59,558 nucleotides of DNA from a virus. Lineage: Duplodnaviria > Caudoviricetes. Location of the stretch: positions 1 to 59,558 of IMG/VR virus record IMGVR_UViG_3300044825_000311. One strand, given 5' to 3'. Below the pieces are notes generated by a model that searched no databases, had not been told where the DNA came from, and saw only the letters and a list, made by a program, of their open reading frames with translations. Both the position numbers and the translations under genes were made by a program. Within the stretch, counting starts at the first letter, position 1. Each line of letters starts with the position of its first letter. Positions 53,203-59,558 of the stretch are shown here, piece by piece.

Positions 53203-55841
53203 TGGTCGCTATCAAGATCACCAAGTTCGTCGGGACTGCTCCACGCAATAGCCCGGAGCTTCTTAGCGAAACATCCGCACAGGTTGCTCGTAATAGCAAG
53301 CTATACTCTGGCGATCTTATCCCATATCCGCAGCCTTTGGCAGTAGCCAATAGCAACCGTACTGGTACGGTGCGTACCATTTACGGCTTGCGTACCGGTA
53401 CGGATACCTCTCTCAAGTGGTTGTCGTTTACCAGCAAGGTCGATATTGCTACCCCGGCTACGGAAGAACTTGACGAGCGCCGATTTTATTTTACCGGTAG
53501 CGGGACTCCTAAAGTCAGCACCTATGATCTGGCAGTAGGTACAAGCGCAACTGGACCTTATCCGGTCGGGTCGTATGACCTTGGGTTGCCGCTTCCGACG
53601 ACGAAACCGACTATCACGGTCCAACCGTTTACTAAATCGACGGTTATCAGCTACGAGCGCGACAACGCTAATATGGTGACGCTAAAGACCGTCACGCCGC
53701 ACGGGTTGAAGACCGGTGCCGTTGTTTCTATTAGTGGATTTTCCTATCGCGTCGGTACGTATAGTAGGTCCGGTACGACGATAACCGTGACGATCACCAA
53801 CCACGGGCTGTCCACGGGAGCCAGCATCTTTTTGGAGGTGTCGTCCGGTGCTGCCACGACGAATACCTATATCGTAACTGTTGTTAACGCGAACACGTTC
53901 ACCTGTACTGACACAGCGTCCGGCTCGACCAGCGGTAATATAAAGTGGGACATTCGCGATCTTAACACGATTGCCAGTGCGTCAGTGGTTGATAGCACTA
54001 CGATCACTTATTTCGCTTATGGTCCTGCGGTCGCCACCACGACGGTCATGCGGAGCGGTACGTATACCCAGTCCGCTAGTGCCACTGCAACTATCACGCT
54101 GAGTAGCCACCAGCTAACAACGGGTGATCTGGTTTACCTCGCGTTTACGTCTGGCACGGCAACGTCTGGCGCGTACAGTGTAACTGTAACCGGAACAAAT
54201 ACATTTACTGTTATATTGCCGGTTTCCGCAACGACTAGCGGTAACGTAAACGTGTACCTTGTTGTTGGCACAGTTGACCTCGGAGATCAGGTACAGGGGC
54301 GTTCCTACCTCTATACTTGGTACACTCCGTGGCGCGAAGAAAGCATCGGTTCTGATCCGACTGACCCGGTGTTCATGCGCGAAGGTCAGACTGCCTCAGT
54401 TACTGCCCTGCCGACTGCCGCACCTTCCGGTAACTACAATATCAAGGGCATACGTCTTTACCGTACCCTAGCCACTACATCGGGTAGCGCGTTCTTTCTG
54501 TTGAAGACCCTGTGGTTCCCTGCAGCTATTGCGCAGGTATCGCGGACTAGCAACGTGTCACGCATCACGATGCCAGACTACCACAATCTGATTGTCGGTG
54601 ATCGCATCAAGTTGGTCTGTACGTCTGATGCCTCGTTCAATGCTACTGGCGTTACGGTCACTAGGGTTGTGAACAACAAGACGTTCGAGTTTGCGCAGGT
54701 TGGGGCGACGACGGCAACCACAACTGCAGTGGGTACGCTCTATTACGACGTGTCAGAGAAAAAGACGGATGCAGCACGCTATTGGGGCGATGCTGGTGTG
54801 TATACGTTTACTGACGACTTTAACTATCTCAGCCTTTTGACAATCCTGCGGTCTACAGAATACGAGCCGCCGCCTGCAACGATGCAGGGGTTGACCGCGT
54901 TGCACAACGAGATGTTGGCAGGGTTCGTGGGTAACGATCTATATTTCTGCGAGCCGGGACAGTACCACGCATGGCCTAGCCAGTATCGCAAATCGTTTGA
55001 ATTTGATATCGTAGCACTTGCATCTATCGGCGGCGTTCTGCTGGTTCTTACCAAGGGCTACCCATACGTGGTTGAAGGTAGTTATCCGGCTACGATGATC
55101 CCGCAGAAACTTGCGGTGATGTATCCATGCGTGAGTGCGGCGTCTGTTGTCGCCACCAGCTTCGGTGTCGTCTGGGCTACCCATGATGGTCTCGCGGTAT
55201 ATGGTAACGGCGCACAGCTACTAACCAAGGTCGTGCATTCAAGCGACACATGGAACGCTGATGTTAACCCGGAAGAGATTGTCGGTGCCGTCTTCAAGGA
55301 GAACTACATCGGTTCGACTGCCACGGCGGCGTTAACGCTTGAGGCGATAGAAGGCGAAGGCGGAACCGCGCTGTCCTTCGTAGACTTGGATTTCCAGTAC
55401 ACCGCATCGTGGTACGATAACGAAACCAATGCCTTGTATACGGCAGTTGGGACTGCCGGTGACATATATCGTTGGGATACTCCCAGCACCCAGAACATGA
55501 CCCTTCGGTGGAAGTCCAAGGTCTTTATCACCGATGCCCCCATGAACCTTGGCGCTGCGCGGGTTGTTGCTGACTACAGCCCCATTGGCGAAAGCCCTAT
55601 CTGGGAGGAAACCGACTACAATTGGGAGGCTGCGGATTTCCGTTGGGAAGAAGGTGGACCGCTGGTGTTTAACCTGTATATCAACAAGCAGCTTATATTC
55701 AGCACGAACCGGTTTAACAGCAGCATCTTCCGCCTTCCGGCAGGCTACAAAAGCGACACGTTCGAGGTTGAGATTTATAGCGACGTACGCGTTAGGGCCA
55801 TACACATCGCAGAAACCCCGACAGGATTGGGTGTAGTCTAA
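53202..55841 (+). CDS. Tail nozzle/stabilization protein with inserted beta repeats
   Basis: F.G.APR..P.LL N-terminus, FCEP...HAWP, WKSKVF; four HGL.TG-type inserts. Confidence 0.7.
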   Translation: MVAIKITKFVGTAPRNSPELLSETSAQVARNSKLYSGDLIPYPQPLAVANSNRTGTVRTIYGLRTGTDTSLKWLSFTSKVDIATPATEELDERRFYFTGSGTPKVSTYDLAVGTSATGPYPVGSYDLGLPLPTTKPTITVQPFTKSTVISYERDNANMVTLKTVTPHGLKTGAVVSISGFSYRVGTYSRSGTTITVTITNHGLSTGASIFLEVSSGAATTNTYIVTVVNANTFTCTDTASGSTSGNIKWDIRDLNTIASASVVDSTTITYFAYGPAVATTTVMRSGTYTQSASATATITLSSHQLTTGDLVYLAFTSGTATSGAYSVTVTGTNTFTVILPVSATTSGNVNVYLVVGTVDLGDQVQGRSYLYTWYTPWREESIGSDPTDPVFMREGQTASVTALPTAAPSGNYNIKGIRLYRTLATTSGSAFFLLKTLWFPAAIAQVSRTSNVSRITMPDYHNLIVGDRIKLVCTSDASFNATGVTVTRVVNNKTFEFAQVGATTATTTAVGTLYYDVSEKKTDAARYWGDAGVYTFTDDFNYLSLLTILRSTEYEPPPATMQGLTALHNEMLAGFVGNDLYFCEPGQYHAWPSQYRKSFEFDIVALASIGGVLLVLTKGYPYVVEGSYPATMIPQKLAVMYPCVSAASVVATSFGVVWATHDGLAVYGNGAQLLTKVVHSSDTWNADVNPEEIVGAVFKENYIGSTATAALTLEAIEGEGGTALSFVDLDFQYTASWYDNETNALYTAVGTAGDIYRWDTPSTQNMTLRWKSKVFITDAPMNLGAARVVADYSPIGESPIWEETDYNWEAADFRWEEGGPLVFNLYINKQLIFSTNRFNSSIFRLPAGYKSDTFEVEIYSDVRVRAIHIAETPTGLGVV

Positions 55842-56194
55842 TGGCACGCTTCTCCGGTATACCCGCAGTTCCAGTTGAAAACCTTGATCCGCAGACAACG
55901 CGTGTACTCTCCGCGCTCAAGGAGAATGTGGAGCTTCTTACCAACCAGCGCGGCGAGGCTGACGGAGCAAGCGTTGCCTTGACCGCCGGAAGCGTTACTG
56001 TAAACACAGTATCCGGTAGCTATCAGGGTCTTACTGCTCGTGCTGTAGGTACTGATGCCGGTGGCGGTGTCGGTGTTCCGCTACTATCCGACTACGTGAA
56101 GTTGTTGCAGGACGTACAGACGCTGGCATATGATGTTGCCACATTGCGTACAGCTTTTAATAACCTCATTATTCAGTTGAGGACCGACATATGA
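55841..56194 (+). CDS. Small tail protein
   Basis: Coupled ORF, C-terminal coiled coil. Confidence 0.65.
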   Translation: MARFSGIPAVPVENLDPQTTRVLSALKENVELLTNQRGEADGASVALTAGSVTVNTVSGSYQGLTARAVGTDAGGGVGVPLLSDYVKLLQDVQTLAYDVATLRTAFNNLIIQLRTDI

Positions 56195-56934
56195 ACAATA
56201 ACGTACCGCCAGCCCTGACCGGCCTGCTCAATATGAGTACCATTATGACTCCGGCAGACACGTTGCGGAGCAGTTCCGTTACTGGCGGGTCGCTTCCGTC
56301 GTACCAAGCCGGTGGCATGATTGGTCCCGGCGGCGAACCTGTCCGCCCTAATATCCCCGGTATGCCCGGTCTCGCCGGTCCTACTACTGGAGCAGGCGGA
56401 CTTGGTCCGCAGCAGATGGAGATGGAGGCCCGCCGCTTTGTCCAGCAGAACCCCCAGCAGGTCGCTGAAATCCGCGAAGCCGTCGAAGAGGCACTTGCGG
56501 ACGGGGATATCACCATGGATCAAGTCCAAATCCTTACCAATATGGCGAAAGTGGCTCTCCAAAACCCGGAGATGTATGAACCCCTGAAGCGGAACATCGT
56601 CGCTCGTGGTATTCTTGAGGACGACGAACTGCCGCCTACGTTCGATCAGGGCACGCTGTTCATCCTGTTGCTTATCGGTCAGATTGTGCAGGCACCGGCT
56701 GCACAGCCGGGTATGTCACCGACCGCTGGTGGCGAGCAGATGATGGCTCCCGAGCAGCCAATGCCCGCAATGAAGAACGGCGGACCGCTGCCGCATAAGA
56801 GCAACAACGGCGACGGGTCTATTCCTATCCGTGCGCATGAGGGCGAGTACGTTATTCCTGCCAAGGTCGTGCGTGCCAAGGGTACAGAGTTCTTTGACAA
56901 GCTCTTGCAGGGCTATGCAGAAGATGAAGATTAA
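56191..56934 (+). CDS. Internal virion protein
   Basis: C-terminal AHEGEYVIPAKVV...GTEFFDKL motif. Confidence 0.65.
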   Translation: MNNNVPPALTGLLNMSTIMTPADTLRSSSVTGGSLPSYQAGGMIGPGGEPVRPNIPGMPGLAGPTTGAGGLGPQQMEMEARRFVQQNPQQVAEIREAVEEALADGDITMDQVQILTNMAKVALQNPEMYEPLKRNIVARGILEDDELPPTFDQGTLFILLLIGQIVQAPAAQPGMSPTAGGEQMMAPEQPMPAMKNGGPLPHKSNNGDGSIPIRAHEGEYVIPAKVVRAKGTEFFDKLLQGYAEDED

Positions 56935-56948
56935 GGTAGGGTAACGAC

Positions 56949-57974
56949 ATGGGCCTCTGGAAATCAATCAAGAACGCCGCCAAAAGTGTCGGCAAGTTCG
57001 TCAAGAAGAACTGGAAGGCTATCGTCGGCATAACGGCTGCGGTCGTCATTCCGTTCGCGGCTCCCGCTATTGCCGGTGCAATTGGTGGCAGTGCGTTCCT
57101 CGCCAGTACGGCAGTTGGCGGATTTCTTAAAAGCGCAGCCGGTGCAGCACTAGTGGGTGCCGGTCTCGGTGCCGGATCGGCTGCATTGACTGGCGGAAAT
57201 CCGCTTCTCGGCGCTGCTCTTGGCGGCATCGGTGCTTATGGCGTGGCTTCGGCTGGCGGTCTGTCCGGTATGTTTGGCGGTATTGGTGGTGGCGCGGCAG
57301 GCGCACCAGCCGCAGCTACTCCAGCCCTTGGTGCTGGCGGTGCAGTTACTGGTGGTCAGGGTATCGTTGCTCTTGGCGGTACTGGTGCCGCCACCGCTGC
57401 TAGTAGTGGTATTGGTAGTGCCATCACCGGAACCATTGGCAGTCTCGCAACCAAACTAGCTACTAACCCGCAGGCCATCGGCGCACTTAGCCAGCTTGCC
57501 ATGACCATGTTCAACAAAGACATGGGCGAACTGACCAAGGAAGAACGGGCGCAGCTTGAAGAAGCTGCGAAGCAGGCCGGAACCGACCGGGCGCTGTTCG
57601 AGCAGAAGGTCATGGAAGCCCGCAAGGTCATTAACATGGGCACGCCCAACCCTGAGCAAGCGTATGCTAATGCACGCTTCAATGTTGAGAACCAGATGGC
57701 CGACGTTCGTCGTGGTATGCCTGCTGGGCTACAAGAGTCCGCAGAGCGCAAAGCCGCTATCGCTGGCGCTCAGTCTGGTGCTTTTAACGTCGCTGCGGAT
57801 TACGGGGCTGCAGCCCAGACGCGACAGGCTGGCCTTAACATGATGCCGCAACAGGCTCCCACCGGGTACAATCAGCTTGCCATGGACACGTATGCCAGTG
57901 TGGAAGCGCGGCGACAGAAACTTGCAGAGCAGCAGAGCAAGGCGGTCGGTCAACTCTTCGGCGCTCTGGCCTAA
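56949..57974 (+). CDS. Ejection/pilot-like protein
   Basis: Amphipathic N-terminus, long Gly/Ala hydrophobic stretch, Gln/Ala coiled C-terminus. Confidence 0.65.
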   Translation: MGLWKSIKNAAKSVGKFVKKNWKAIVGITAAVVIPFAAPAIAGAIGGSAFLASTAVGGFLKSAAGAALVGAGLGAGSAALTGGNPLLGAALGGIGAYGVASAGGLSGMFGGIGGGAAGAPAAATPALGAGGAVTGGQGIVALGGTGAATAASSGIGSAITGTIGSLATKLATNPQAIGALSQLAMTMFNKDMGELTKEERAQLEEAAKQAGTDRALFEQKVMEARKVINMGTPNPEQAYANARFNVENQMADVRRGMPAGLQESAERKAAIAGAQSGAFNVAADYGAAAQTRQAGLNMMPQQAPTGYNQLAMDTYASVEARRQKLAEQQSKAVGQLFGALA

Positions 57975-57987
57975 TTAGGAGACTTCG

Positions 57988-59558
57988 ATGGCGATCACGG
58001 CGCGGAGCGGGCAGGGTTATCTTACGGGTGGTGTTAGCGATACTACCCCCGACTGGCTTGGGTCTTACAACGAAGGCTATACGGCTGCGCAGACGCAGCA
58101 GGAGAACGCCCTTCGCCAGCAGGAAGCCAAGCAGCGCATGGCAGAAAGCGCCGCCGCCGAACAGCGGCGCGTGACTGAGTTTGCTAACACGCAGGCTGAT
58201 CGCGAAGCCGCATTGAAAGCTGCCCAGTTGGGGCTTCAGATGCCGTCTGACATTCCGTTCGACGCTATTCAAGGGCCGGGACTTATGGACCCGTATCAGG
58301 TGCCGGTGGCTCCTGAACCGCGTGCGCCTTCGGAAAAGTATGCTGATGAACTGGCAGGTCCCGCTGTCTCGCCCGCAGCACAGGCCAATCTTGAACCCCT
58401 GCTCCCTGAGTTCTCCCAGCTTGAAACAGAAGCTGGTGTACCAGCAGGTTATCTTCGGAACATCTCTATCCTTGAAAGCTCCGGCGGACTTAACGTCGGA
58501 AACAGCAAGGGCAAGTATGTCGGTATGTTTCAGATCGGCCCGGAGGTTGCCAAGGACTTCGGCATCACACCGGAACAGGCCAAGGACCCCCGCGTAGCCG
58601 CCCGCGTGGCGGTACAACTTGCTGCGCGTAACGCGCGGTATCTGCGTACGTCTCTTGGTCGTGAACCAGCGGCATGGGAACTGTACCTTGCTCATCAGCA
58701 GGGTGCCCGTGGCGCGGCTGCACTACTTAAGACACCTGAAGGTCGCGCTATTGATGTGATGACCTCGGTATATGGCGGCGACAAAGCACTGGCGTACCGC
58801 GTTATTGTAGGCAACGGCGGCGATCCCAACATGACCGCTGGGCAGTTCGCCCAGATGTGGGGCCAGAAGTATAGCGGTCAGCCCGTTACAATACCCCCCT
58901 TTGGTATTACAGAAACTGCTCCTGCCCCCAACGAGTTTCCTAACTACGTCCGTCCAGCAGGTGTCTCCGATTTTTCGGCTGACTTTGGCGCTGCTAGTTC
59001 CGAAGCTGATAAGAATTTTGCCATCGGTTCGATTGTAAAAAGTCTGACAGACTTTAGCTTTGCTGGCGGACGTACCAATGCGCTTCAGCAAGGGTACGCG
59101 TATCTGTTTGGTGCGCCGGGTGAAGCTGGTAAAATGCAGGAAGCAAACAAGCTCGCGGAAGATGCGCGGTCTTGGTACATGACTTCCGACGTGCAGAAAT
59201 GGCTGCGCGATAACCCACAAGCGTTAACTGCTGCTACAAAAGACCCTATCGCTGCCTACCAGCAATATAAAAACCAAGTTGCATCCGCTGCTACGCCTGC
59301 TGCTACGCCTGCTGCTACGCCTGCTGCTACGCCTGCCGCTACGCCTGCCGCTACGCCTGCCGCTACGCCTGCCGCTACGCCTGCCGCTACGCCTGCCGCT
59401 ACGCCTGCCGCTACGCCCGGTGTGCAGGTTCCGCCTGCGCAGACTACCCCCGGTGTGCAAGCCCCGCCGCCTGCGGCTCCCCCGCCGACCGACCTTGGAC
59501 TTCCCAATGTCGCGGCGACTGATCTTATCCCCCGCACCTCGGCGGCAGATTACGCTGG
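57988..59558 (+). CDS. Internal virion protein with lytic transglycosylase domain (N-terminal part; continues to 959)
   Basis: AGGAG RBS; open to the contig end; ILESSGG...YVGMFQIG...ELYLAHQQG; absent from the ORF track because it lacks a stop in the window. Confidence 0.85.
   Translation, partial: MAITARSGQGYLTGGVSDTTPDWLGSYNEGYTAAQTQQENALRQQEAKQRMAESAAAEQRRVTEFANTQADREAALKAAQLGLQMPSDIPFDAIQGPGLMDPYQVPVAPEPRAPSEKYADELAGPAVSPAAQANLEPLLPEFSQLETEAGVPAGYLRNISILESSGGLNVGNSKGKYVGMFQIGPEVAKDFGITPEQAKDPRVAARVAVQLAARNARYLRTSLGREPAAWELYLAHQQGARGAAALLKTPEGRAIDVMTSVYGGDKALAYRVIVGNGGDPNMTAGQFAQMWGQKYSGQPVTIPPFGITETAPAPNEFPNYVRPAGVSDFSADFGAASSEADKNFAIGSIVKSLTDFSFAGGRTNALQQGYAYLFGAPGEAGKMQEANKLAEDARSWYMTSDVQKWLRDNPQALTAATKDPIAAYQQYKNQVASAATPAATPAATPAATPAATPAATPAATPAATPAATPAATPAATPGVQVPPAQTTPGVQAPPPAAPPPTDLGLPNVAATDLIPRTSAADYA
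59287..59418 (+). repeat. 12-bp tandem repeat x11 encoding (AATP)n
   Basis: GCYGCTACGCCT units, in frame with the 57988 ORF. Confidence 0.92.
59432..59558. repeat. 127-bp terminal direct repeat (copy 2)
   Basis: Identical to 1-127. Confidence 0.95.

Noticed and set aside
1-59558. Alternative genetic code, tRNA genes, introns or inteins
   Set aside because: Genes tile densely under the standard code; polA, terL and helicase are uninterrupted and of normal length; no cloverleaf noticed by eye (tRNAscan not run)

Overview
The window is an apparently complete, circularly assembled dsDNA tailed-phage genome of about 59,431 bp; the first and last 127 bp are identical. It has podovirus-like architecture and no RNA polymerase, integrase or tRNA that I can see. 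A proteobacterial host, possibly alphaproteobacterial, is suggested but not provable. The genome has two divergent arms separated by a control region at about 28.8-30.3 kb. The leftward arm (minus strand, 30.0 to 8.5 kb) carries small early genes, an AAA ATPase / DUF3150-like / vWA-metallopeptidase module, a DnaA-C-like HTH protein, a dATP/dGTP diphosphohydrolase domain, PolA (Leu762 type), dCMP deaminase, a PD-(D/E)XK nuclease, VRR-NUC, an SNF2 helicase, an SSB-like protein, a DUF927 primase and a secreted lytic transglycosylase. The rightward arm (plus strand) carries terminase, basic small proteins, four tail appendage genes sharing one N-terminal module, lysis genes, portal, scaffold, capsid, tail and ejection proteins. 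It includes an 800-aa SLT-domain protein spanning the contig join and a 2467-aa polyvalent protein. The most notable non-coding signals are in the early arm: two complete type II hammerhead ribozymes with compensatory changes, each just upstream of a ribosome-binding site, and three promoter-like elements in which a 17-bp palindrome abuts a degenerate -35. Together these give each gene of the AAA/DUF3150/vWA module its own control element. Family names are from motif recognition by eye, not database searches.
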